Assembly (NCBI GenBank): GCA_038496445.1
Contig: JALMLS010000447.1
Coordinates: 124,001-188,000, forward strand
Source of the DNA: Trichosphaerium sp. ATCC 40318
Lineage: Eukaryota > Protista > Tubulinea
Direction of reading: 5' to 3'
Length of the DNA stretch: 64,000 bases
Below the pieces are notes generated by a model that was given only the letters and a program-made list of their open reading frames with translations, did no database searches and had not been told where the DNA came from. The translations under genes and the position numbers were made by a program. Shown here piece by piece: positions 1 through 11,149 of this stretch (the first letter of the stretch is position 1; every line of letters begins with the position of its first letter).

Positions 1-450
1 TTTCACTTGTTTGTAATTTTGTCTATTATCACGTGGTAAGAGTTTCGGTTATCACGTGTTTTCAAATCTTACGATGGACTCAATACATTTGTGTATGTAT
101 TTAGATTCATTGCTAATAATTTGATGAAGCATACGACAAACAGAAGAAAGAGAGATCAAGTCATATCCTTCAAGGTTGTCCAAGAACTCGAAAATTATTT
201 CAGTTGGACAATCTACAAACCAACGTTTTAGAGTCACAGAAACTGACTTCAACGCGTAATTGGTACCTGTGAAATAGCATTTGGATGTATTGGGCCTCGT
301 TTTGGTGTAACGGCTTTGATGAGATGGTAAAACCAATTGAGGACCATGAATAAACGGGTCTCGTGTATGAACAGCGTATGATACTATCCTATTAGAAGTT
401 TAAACAAGTTTTAGTTTAATACTCGTTTATCACCTTTCAAACGACTCCAT
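1..450 (-). CDS. F-box protein, 5' part (left-arm copy; runs off the window)
   Basis: FVDCPTEIIFEFLDNLEGYDLISLSSVCRMLHQII is F-box-like and is followed by a GTAAGA donor. Start codon uncertain. Confidence 0.65.
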
Positions 451-885
451 CAATATTTCACGGCATTGAAGTTGCCATAGCTTTTGTTTTAGTCTGTTTT
501 TCTCCTTTACAGCTGTTAACTTTGATCAAACATCGACGTTGTACCTGTTGTAACCTTGATATTCTCTTTTCCATCTTAAATACGCACGTGTGGATGTAAT
601 AGTCCAATCTACAAACCCAGTTCTTTGAATGATGGACAAAGACTTACTGCGCTCACAAACCTGAAACTCTGTCATAAAATTTCGCATCATATGCGCTGCA
701 GAAATGAGTGTCTGACATGACATTATTATGTGTAGTTAAGTATCATCCGGGTAACCACCCGAAGTACAAAGATAGCCAAATATTTGACTATTTTAAAGAA
801 ACATAAATAGTGAATAAGTGTGCAAACAACACGTGATAAAATTATATTTATTTAGTATCGAGCAATTACAGCCAGCTACTACTCC

Positions 886-3360
886 TTAAATGATAGTATC
901 AGGGCTTGCATCTACATGTTCAAAAATCCATTGCTGATCCCTGTTCATAATATTTGTAGATCCTACTACAACCTATTCATCGTTAAGCATGTTATTAGCT
1001 TGGAAAGAAGACATACGTTTTGACCTTTTTTTCCTCCTGCGCCACCATCAACGGATCCATAAGTACCAAACAGTCTAAATGCTCCATTTGGACCAGGAAC
1101 TTTTCTCCATTTTTGGTTAGGATGTGTGTTACAACTCCATACTCGTATGTTAAAGTCATCTCCGTAAAGACAGTGCTGTGTATTTTTCTTTTTGTACTGG
1201 TATAGGTTATTACCCAATGGAATCTCAACCCATTGTTGATTATCGTTATTAGCATCATACCTCCAAAGGTAAACCTTTCGCAATAAACATGTCAGCAAAG
1301 ATGGACAAGAACAATATTAATCATGAGCAAACAAGTAATAAGTATGTACTAAAACAAGGGTCCTCATGACAACAAAACTATTGAGGCATGTCGTACATTT
1401 TGACTTTGTGCTATATCATTGTCCAAAGCAAACTTAAGGTTATTGCTCTTTCTGAGTATATACATATTGTTACTTTCAAGTGACACTGATGATCCGGTGT
1501 ATCTTGGTAAGCAACCAAGTTTGATTCTTGAATCGATATACTGGCATGCAATGCTTTGGCTATTTCTAGAAAATCTATCGTACAACCAAGATCTAAAAGA
1601 AAACATGAGAAAAAACCGCGAAAAAAAACCAAAAATCTCCCACAAACAACATCACGTGATGAGTTTTCTCTTTTGTTTGTAATAACTCACGGATTATTTT
1701 GTAGGCCCGAATTCATTAAACCAAGACCTCTAGGATCATGAGGCATATCAACCAAGTGACCAACCTCATGTGATATGATTCTACGAAACTTGTACGGTGC
1801 ATAAAATCTAGCATGACACCTTGAGCTTCTTTGCTATTTTTCTTGTTAGATCAACATCTATCTACGGCAGTACTTACACACAAGTCCCCCAGTGGAGCAG
1901 CACCTGCAGCACCAAGATCCGGACAGTCGTGAACCAGTATTCCAGCTGCTACAGTAGACGGTACATTCAAAAGTTCTCTCCAATTATCCATAGTACTAAG
2001 CATTCTATAGCTAGCAGTTACAGGCGGACACTGACTACCACCTTTCGTGTTCCAAGCTTCAGGACCTAGCCGGCAATGTAAACAATAAAGTATAATGTAA
2101 GCACATAGTAAAGGTATCTTACCTGGAGACCTTCTAACATCGAGAACTCGAATAGTAAGGCGAAGGTTCTAAGTTCGAACAATAAGTCACAAACCAAAAG
2201 AAACAAGAAAATACGTACAAGATCAGATTCGTATACAACTGAAGATTCCAACACAGCTACAATAAAATTGTTATCCACATAACGCCAGCCACTTGACATA
2301 AATAAAAAAACCCCGTTCACATACCAACTTTAATCATATTCCGAGCATTCTTTTTTCCTCCTGCCCTATCATGGAATGATACAGAAGCCCATACACCTGT
2401 CTGTAACTCGTGTTTTCTTCGCGGACAAGGATTAGGTGGTGGAGAATAGGGAAGTGTACTTCCTTTTGGAACCTGGATCGCTTGCCTAAAAAATTTGTTG
2501 TAAGCAAAACAACCTTTTCTTTGGTCTCAAAGAATGTACCGTTTGCTTGATGAAAACTCAAACTCTCTATGAATATCGTCTACAGCGGGTACTTCAGGGT
2601 CCCTATATCATGTTAGAATACAATCTCTTTGTAAGGGTAGGATGTGTACCAGATGAATACGTGAGCATCTTCACCATAGCCCATACTTCGCTTTGGCAAG
2701 AATTGTTTGTGTCTTAGTGAAAAATTAACAATTACGGTGACATTCATTGAGATGTTGTTTACCTTGACAATGAGTCAAAACTAACACGAGTGCCATTGAT
2801 ATCAAGAGATCCCATAAATGTTCCATCTTCTCGAAATACAAACCGTAAATCATGATGCTTATCATTGACGGCCTTATACATGTCTTCACGTATAGGTACA
2901 ATTGTTTTGACTCCTTCTTCATGATGAGTTATCTAAAACACATAATGTAAGTAAAAAAATGGTGAGTTTAAACACAAAAAAAAATATCACGTGCCTCAGC
3001 TCCTTTGGCAAATACCGAATGTTTGATACACGTGAAAGTCCATTTTTTACCATTCTCGAATTGAAATACCATTTCTGCTTCACTTGGTAAAGCTTGGTTT
3101 GAGCCATCTAATGAACGAAACGATACTAAAACCAACAGTTAACTTTTTGTTCAAAAAAAAAAAACCCAAAGCCGTACTCCACCTAATTTGTTTCCTCAAG
3201 AAAAGAACGTACTCTTGTCAATAACATGTAGTTTTTCAGTATTCGCCCAGTGCTCTTCTTGCCAACATAGTACAGTTGTAGCTATAAGCACTAGATAAAT
3301 AGTTACCAAAGATTGAACTAATGAAGAAGAAGCCTTACATGAAACTAGCAGACGTATCAT
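886..3360 (-). CDS. Paralogous reprolysin-like metalloprotease + ricin-B lectin without the GPI tail (predicted secreted)
   Basis: Same exon structure mirrored. Zinc motif HEVGHLVDMPHD at 1770-1735 and GLMN Met-turn. The last exon reads VVVGSTNIMNRDQQWIFEHVDASPDTII*, with the stop at 888-886. Confidence 0.85.
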
Positions 3361-3794
3361 TGAGAACAAATCCTTGTACGTTGTACTCAGGGTATTGGTA
3401 ATTAAATTATGATAGTTGGTAATCGTTTTACTCGGGTAGAACCCTGGTAAGTTCACAGTGGACACTTACCCGAAGTTTAGCCGAATATCCGTAAACCAAA
3501 ATATATATTTCCTCCTACGTGAGTAGCACTGCAGTATCTAAAACCGAAAGTAGTTTTTGAAATTTTTAAGCGAAGTACACAAACCTCGCTAGTACAAGGG
3601 TTTTACATCTTTTTCCAAAGAGCAGAAATATACTGCTGGTTGTTACTGGATTGCTTTTTGGGTAAAACTGTAAAATGACAAAACAACACCTCGCTAGAGT
3701 TATGTTTTCATGTCTCTACAACTAGCGATACTAGTTGTTGTTTTACTGCGTACTTAATAAAATGACATTGTTGGATAAAAACGTATTTTTTGGT

Positions 3795-3996
3795 TTGTAC
3801 TAGATGCAAGCTAATATAGAGCACTGTTCGCTTTCGGTCGGGCCCATCGCTTCGCTCGGGACAAGAACCCGACCTTCGCTCACAAAATGTCATCCATTGG
3901 TGGGTATGGCAGCACAGGTTATATGTGACTAGGTACCAAAATCCACATGAATGGATTTTGCTTCAGACAGAAAATCTCTTCCCTGCTTGTACTAGA
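3795..3996. mobile_element. ~182 bp hairpin-rich segment present only in the left arm, bounded by the 10-bp direct repeat TTGTACTAGA
   Basis: TTGTACTAGA occurs at 3795-3804 and 3987-3996; the right arm has a single copy at ~11253-11262. Internal stems: GGTCGGG...CCCGACC and CAAAATCCA-catgaa-TGGATTTTG. Confidence 0.55.
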
Positions 3997-6580
3997 GTGT
4001 CAATTTTTTCACGCTAGCCAAAACAAACTAGGTATTTACAACTGCGGCTTGTAGCCACAGCTACATCAAATGACATTATATATTTAGCAATTATTGCCTT
4101 GTATCATTCAAGTTTTTTGAGACAGCAAAAAAAATCCAGTTTCGCCCTAATCTATCAGATATGACGGATTTTACACTTCTGACATATCTTGCAAATGTAA
4201 TTTTTTAATGTGATATACCCTTACGCCTGTCCAATGGATCCAAACCGTTTCCAACCACGTGATTTAACAAACCCGTAAGAACATTTTTTTATTTACATAT
4301 TTGACACCTGGCGGCGTTTACAAAGCCTGTAGCAACGCTGGTGGTGTTTTGGGAGGTTTTAACGTTATTACACCTACCTTGCTATTTGGATGCTGCCATA
4401 GCACTTTCGTTAGCGCGGGGTAGGCGCTAGCGTAGCGCTGGTAAGTTAGACAAGTACGTTGATTTTTTGAAGCAAAACATAAAGTAAACCGTGTTAGAGG
4501 CATTCGTACCGTGTTTGGCCACTACTCAGGTGTCAAAAACGTATTCCTTTTTCACACAGATGCTGTCTTCAATGATAATAACAGTATTTGCTGCTTACCT
4601 GTACATGCGCTTACTCTTTAGAGGCACACATTTACCCCTATGACACGTACATAAAAAGTTATTTCTTTGCTACCTGTGATTAATCACAACCACTTGCCAC
4701 CCTTTGTTTACGGCACTATAAGCCATAGAGCGTACGTAACAATCATCAGATCTACCGTTAAGACCTATACGAGGGTTAAACATCAAGCTGACGACCAGAA
4801 ATATTACAAAAGGTGGGAAATTGTATTGTAACTCGGTGTAATTTAAATGGCGATGATAAGCATCAGAATGATAAATTATACGCTCAAATACTTACCTGGT
4901 AGAATAGCAAGCGTTGGTTCTTTACCTTATTGCCATACCACACCAAAGCAGTCTCACCTCCATCAGAGAAGTGAAAGGGTTCACTAATACGTGTTAGTGG
5001 CAGTTTTAACGTATTGAATTGTTTTGGGCCGCTACAATTCGCCTGCGTGGTTTCCACACGCTTAAAAACGCTATTGCGGAGTCTGCGTACACGTTGGAAG
5101 TCATTTTGGGAATTGTGACGCAATTGCGCTCCAAAGATCGTTGTAAAGTTAGATCCCCATGCCCAGAACGTAGGGTAGTACGATGCTTTCAACAATGGGC
5201 ATATGACTTCAAAATTTGGTTATTCTGTGTTTGATTTATAGTACAGCTGCGGCGGACTGATAGCTAAGCCAAGTGAGAAGCGTGATACGCAATATCCAGC
5301 AAACCTTTTGTGTAGTAAGTGTAAGCCGCTATCGCAAGCGAACCAACAGCTAAATAACCAAAACCTTTTGACATATTGCGTGCTTGCTGCCAGCAAAGGT
5401 ACACTTAACCAAAATACGAACTTAGGTGGTTTTCTCTGGACAAATTTTCACTAATTTTAAATGACAACGTGTTGTACAACTAGTTTGTTTGCACAAAAAA
5501 TAAGCAGCTACTTATTCACGTGTGATGGCTGACGCTTTACCCGTTTATTTATTGATGGGCGTGTAGCATAGAAACGTATTGAACAAGAACTGCGGTTGTA
5601 GGGAAGTTGGAGTTTATTAATTTACATAAACTTCATTCAGTTTTTTTTGTGAGTTAGTGTTGCAATAGCTTCTCTCAATGGCGTGTGGCGGAAAGCAAAG
5701 CCAAGGTATTTTGTAACGACTGTTGCTTCCTTCGATGTCCACTATTCGCTTTGACTGCCTGTGGTTACGGCTATGGGGTTTGCTATGGAGGAGGACAATT
5801 GATCCATATAAATGGAGAAAAAGAGCGAGCTGGTAGAGGGAGAGTTCTATGTTGACTGTGGTGAGAGGAAGCAATATGAAGATACAGAAAACGCTTTAGC
5901 AAGATATCCAGATTTAGCTTCCAAGTGGCTTTCAGGCAACTATGTAATAAATTCTTTGTTTCGCGCAATGATTGACGGTGACAGTATCACCATTCCGTTG
6001 TATTCATCCCAAAACGTACGGCTGATTCTCAAACCTACCAAGATTCAAGCACATTGACATGCAGGTGTTTTGGCAGTGAACTCATCCTGATTGTTATCTT
6101 GGCTTACTCTCACACGTTGCTGTGTAACGCGCTGCAAATTATTAGTTTTAAATCCTAAAATAGTTTTGATTACACTGACACGTGATATATTTAGATTGAA
6201 TAAATCGGTTGATTACACATGCTCGTTTACGTTTCTAGTCTGATGTTAAGATTCGCGTAATGTATTCACGATGTTTCTCGTGAGATTTCACATAAAACTT
6301 ATTGATAGAGGGCTTCTTGTCACGTTTCTGCTTTAAGAATGACCGCGATCAACCCTAAAAGCGGTAGTATAGACTATAAACTATACCATACCATTAAATA
6401 GGTTGATAAAGCTCCAATACATAGTATTAGCACTCGCTAACACTAGGTATCGCGAAAGAAGTGCTCGTGCAGCAAAGAGTTTATCGAGGAAACCAAATAA
6501 AAATTGTGGTTGTCACGTCATTCTTGTTCACTGACTTGAAAAAAAATCAATAACAACCAACACAAACAACAACAAGCTAA

Positions 6581-7485
6581 ATGTCAAACAAACAAACATC
6601 AACCAACAACAAAACAAAGAAACTTGTCACTCAAAAGAAGAAACCATCAAAGGCACCAGTGTACGTTAATTTATCGTCAAGTGAAATCCAATGATTACTG
6701 ACACTCTTCATGATAGTACAAAGAAACCCACAGTTAACCCTGCAACTGTTGGAGGAGGTGTCGGAGGCACATTCATGAAGTCATTGCGTATGTTCTAAAG
6801 CCTGTGATGTATTCTAACAGTTTATGATAGCAAAACCTTGTGGTGTTGCTGGTTTGGGACCTTGTATCGGAATCATCAGCCCAAATCCAAATGGCACATG
6901 TTATTGTGCTCATATCAGCGACTCTTGCTCAATGAGAACATGGTGGACACCATACGATAAGATTCAAAAAGCAGTTCGTACAGCTTGGATTGAAGAAAAA
7001 ATCAAATCTGGTTTAGGTATGTAATTGTTTGCTTTGCTACTTTTGTGATCGTGATGTATGACTCACCCTATGGTCTAGGAAATCAACCAATCAGTAAAAG
7101 AACATTTTACGTGATGACAGGAATGCCAAAAGCAAATGCAACATTTGCGGCTGTACTTGAGGTATTGAAGGGTGCTCGCAAAGTGATCAATAAAACAGGA
7201 TGTAAAAGGTTTAAAAGTGGATTCTACTTGAATTCCAAGGGTGTTATTCGTCCACTTGTTGAACCTGATGCACTTTGGGCATGTGGTTGGGTTAAAGGAA
7301 CAACACTATCACAACGTTATAAGAATATGCCAAATAACAAGGTCAATGGAGATGGCGTATTTGACGTACCTGATATGAAAAAGTTTGATACAGTCGTTTC
7401 ACAAGTTCGTAAAGTAAAGAAGGGTTTGGTCAGTAAAGATGACCCAGCACTCAAAAAATTCAGGCATGTATTGGCGAAGGTATGA
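6581..7485 (+). CDS. 4-exon basic protein with a CheD/CNF1/YfiH/NTAN1-like Cys-His motif (putative deamidase/hydrolase)
   Basis: Exons ~6581-6660, 6717-6788, 6831-7016, 7079-7485 join in frame via GTACGT/GTATGT...TAG introns. The N-terminus is Lys/Thr-rich; the motif is VAGLGPCIGIISPNPNGTCYCAHIS. The gene model is solid; the function is inferred from the motif only. Confidence 0.65.
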
Positions 7486-7913
7486 TCACGTGCGAACTTT
7501 CGTATCATTGGATGATACGCCTTGTATATACTATAAATAAACAAACCCTTTATCAAGTATACTTTTTTTATTTTATTCAGCTGAGGTAAGTCACCGACAA
7601 TATAGGGCTTAGAGTAGCAGTATTTCTAATTTCTAGATTCTAGAATTTATCTGTAAAGTTAATTGGATGGGCATCTCTCAGAGCTACATGTAGAATCAGT
7701 TTTCAAACACCCAAGTATCGACCATCGATTGCAGATAGAAAGACAGAATAAAATAAAGTCCTTCACAACTTGTACCTATTGACCCATCAATGCCGTAATT
7801 CAATAACTCGATCAAACTTGCTCAAACTACAAAAAAAACAAAGACGGCTTTTTTGAAATTTTAAAAACGTTGTTATTACAAGCAATTATACAAAAGGGGT
7901 TTGAGTTTTAAAT

Positions 7914-8335
7914 TTATTCGTCATAGTATTCACCTTCTTCTTCATACTCATCAAGACAGTATCAGAAGCAACCTCTTCGTAATCCTTCTCCAACGCACCC
8001 AAATCTTCACGAGCTTCGCTAAAGTCGCCTTCCTCCATGACTTTTCCGACATACCAATGGACCTGAAAGAGAGAACGAAAGTAACTTGGAACAAAGAGCG
8101 AAAAAAAATCCAAAAGTTTCTGAGAAACTGAACATACAAAAGCGCTTGGCGAACATCAAATCGAATTTAAGGTTGCTGTGTGAAAATGTTTCAGCAATTG
8201 CTGTAGTGTTAGCAAGCATAAGAACAGCTCGGTAAACCTTTGCTAGGTTGCAACCAGGTACAACTGTAGGTGGACGGTTGTTGACACTGCACTTGAAACC
8301 AGTTGGACTCCAGTCTACAAATTGAACTTTTCCAG
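7914..8335 (-). pseudogene. TUBA: Alpha-tubulin 3' fragment, frameshifted, retains an intron
   Basis: Reads [53 protein letters not shown] / [29 protein letters not shown]. Frameshifts at KR(A)F and in the acidic tail, GEGM changed to GKVM, and the N-terminal ~3/4 is missing. Confidence 0.92.
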
Positions 8336-9340
8336 AGGAAAAAAGTCAACACCGAGTGGCAATGCGATAGTGTTGTAGGGCATTATACCTCGCTAATTCG
8401 CTTTTAGCTCATTGAACACTTCTGTGGTGCGATCGTACTGTGTACAGTTTGCGTGGATAGGTAAAATGCTGGGATCATCTTTAATGGTCTTTTGAAACTG
8501 ACATTAAAAATTTTGTTATCTTTTAAGGTTCATAAGTCATACAATGAAGGACAACATAGTAGCACAAATAGTTCACATTGACCATTTTGACAGAAGTTTT
8601 AATTATTAATATGCGTTGCGTGGATTACACGTCAACAGAACTGCTAAACTAATGTACCAAATAAAATAATGGCTATTAATAAAACAGGTTGCCGCAATAA
8701 TATGTATGTGTTGTAGACATGGATTTAGTTTTTTCCAGAACTGACAAGACGTGTCAGATCTTGTAGTTTTTGATAGATCTTGCAAAAACTAACAGAACTT
8801 GCACGATCTGTCAGATCTGACTAAACACCAAAACCAACAGGTACAGACAGCAAAAAGTTGCAAGCAGACAGTACCAACACGCAGGCAACACCTAACAGTA
8901 TAGATTCATTTGTTTTTTGAAAGGGTTGATATGGATGTTGGGTGTGTTAGGTTGTTGGACTCCCGTCCTGTGGGTTTGATGAGGGGTTGCCAGTACCCGT
9001 CTGGCTTGACAGCGGCCTGAATAACATTTTCATGTCCTTACCAAGCAAGTTTAAAGAGCGACATCAAGCAAATAGCAGCTGCATATGAATTACCATGTAC
9101 ACGTGTTACAGAACGATTCATAATATTTCCGCTTCAATTTACCATCTATCACGGATATGTTGTCATTGCGCTCATAATTTATTGTACTGTAAAGCTGAAG
9201 AGAAGTGGAATTTCTTGTAAAAAAAAGTCAAGTATTGTAAAACCATTTTCACTGACTGTTTTACTGTGCTCTTCGCTCTTTAACTTAAATCCATTTCACA
9301 GCCTGTTTGTTGTGCCGCCACAGAGCTAAGAAAGCAAGTC

Positions 9341-10219
9341 ATGGCACAAACGCGTCCTTTAAATAATTCACTTCTAAAGACCACTACAATTGCTCACTTA
9401 CCTGTTGAGATCATTTACGCTATTTTTAAAGAGGTAGCAACTGGAAAAGTTGTAGTTGTTGCTCTATGGAGCCTATATAACCTATCAGTGTGTAAACAAT
9501 GGCATACAATAGCTGCAGATGATGTATTATGGCGTGAGGTTTACAGTATCCATTACAACCTGGAAAACTCCGACTACACAAGTGGATATTTCTACCCTCC
9601 ATTTTTCAACCAAAATCCACAAAATCCAAGAAGATTGGACTTGTCACTCACGTGGAAGCAAAAATGTTTCACAGAGTGTATCTTTATTGATTTAATGAGA
9701 CATAGTGGTTTCTTGATGGACTATACCATAGAATATCTTTGTTCTACATCAGGTAGCAGCTTGTCAGAAGACGATTGTGACTATCAAATAGTTGTTGAAA
9801 AATTCGATGCACTTGTTTCTACTCACATTGATGCTGTTCATACTTTCTTGGAGAAAGTACTTCTTGATAAAAAGTATTATGATGCATTCTTGGTTTTGCT
9901 CAATACATGGGATAAATCAGCGTCATTCATGGAAGAGGGGTTTTACACTGATGCTCGTATGGACCACCCTCCATCTGAAGTTATACGTCCAATGGTAGGG
10001 GCAGTATTTACTGGAAATACACTCAAGAACAATAAACCAGCATGGTTAGAATTTTTGAAAGATGCTGCAAATGATTCTGATCTTTCTGTGTCTATAGCAG
10101 AAATTGGTGAAGATATGTTTCAGGTAGTCGATGAATATACACCAGAAGATACAGAACTTCTAAAATTAATTGGTGATACTATGAGTGTTGAGTACATGTT
10201 TGAGTATCGTAATCAATAA
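9341..10219 (+). CDS. Intronless F-box protein, 292 aa, acidic C-terminal region of unknown function
   Basis: IAHLPVEIIYAIF...LSVCKQWHTIAADDVLWREVY is a typical F-box motif. Confidence 0.85.
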   Translation: MAQTRPLNNSLLKTTTIAHLPVEIIYAIFKEVATGKVVVVALWSLYNLSVCKQWHTIAADDVLWREVYSIHYNLENSDYTSGYFYPPFFNQNPQNPRRLDLSLTWKQKCFTECIFIDLMRHSGFLMDYTIEYLCSTSGSSLSEDDCDYQIVVEKFDALVSTHIDAVHTFLEKVLLDKKYYDAFLVLLNTWDKSASFMEEGFYTDARMDHPPSEVIRPMVGAVFTGNTLKNNKPAWLEFLKDAANDSDLSVSIAEIGEDMFQVVDEYTPEDTELLKLIGDTMSVEYMFEYRNQ

Positions 10220-11149
10220 ACTTTAGAGAAACGATGAAAGAAAAAAACAAAATAAAGGTTGAACATATTTTTTATTGTGTATGCGTACAAAAGTTGCAGT
10301 CAAGCAGCTTTAGTATCAAATGCTGTTGTCATCTGTTGAACCGTGTTTCTAGAATCACTACCATTAGTCCTTGCACGGACCCACGTCATGGATACTGCAA
10401 CATTTTGCCGGTAACCGCTTTCCTCACTGATGTACAAGTAATATTGAAACGCTTATGTTCCACCATTTGTTCATCAAAAGTACACTGAATTTGACCTAAA
10501 ATTGCGCTATTTTGTTTATGCTAAAAGTGCTATGTAATGACAATATACCGCACACTGTACTTAACTATTCCTGTACCTTAATACATAGAAGATTTACAGG
10601 CTAACCTAATTGCCGTCTCAACGAACTCACTTTCTAGAAAATATTAGTAAAACTTGAAAGACAATAGTTGCCGTTGAACATTATTTTTTTTCCTATTCTT
10701 TGTTCAAGAATGTTAGTCACTGATACACGTGACTGTCTCATCATGTTTGTTAACAAATACTGTCTCAGATGTAGGCAAGAAACACAAGTGCAAGTTTATG
10801 ACCTAATTTCTTGTCACAAGGGCTGCTCCCATCTTTTTGATTTTCCATAAAACGACTTGATTATTATACGTGTCTACCCCTTGCCTAGACAGTCATATTC
10901 TGAGTGTTTGAAAAAAAACTACACGTGCGATTTTCTGTTCTTGAGGCTTTATGGATTGTTACCCATTTATGCCGTAGCTGTTTAGTAGCCACACTAAAAA
11001 GGGCGTTCAAGTAATTATAGAAGATCACCACTGAGTTGTTTCGAAAAAAAAAAAACATGCGTTTTTCGCTTCTATCACTGGTGTCCGGCAGTAAAACGTG
11101 CTTAAAAATGTGGAAAATACAACCTTTGCGAATTTGATCTAGCGCAAGC

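Larger units (their letters stand above)
1..4093. repeat. Left arm of a large inverted duplication (probably continues past the window start)
   Basis: The reverse complement of 1-60 matches 15060-15119. Colinear identity runs to ~4093, which pairs with ~11150 (tacatcaaatgacattatatatttagc). The arms differ by scattered substitutions and indels. Confidence 0.97.

Noticed and set aside
5660-6080. Coding-like stretch including ORF 5812-6057
   Set aside because: No recognisable motif or reliable splice model; may be a decayed gene.
8738-8825. Short imperfect palindromes (TAGTTTTTG...CAAAAACTA, repeated AGATCT)
   Set aside because: Short, single occurrence and no target-site duplication; cannot be called an element.
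8950-9025. GC-richer stretch with TTGATGAG, possible hammerhead ribozyme or ncRNA
   Set aside because: No CUGANGA/GAAA core or consistent stems.
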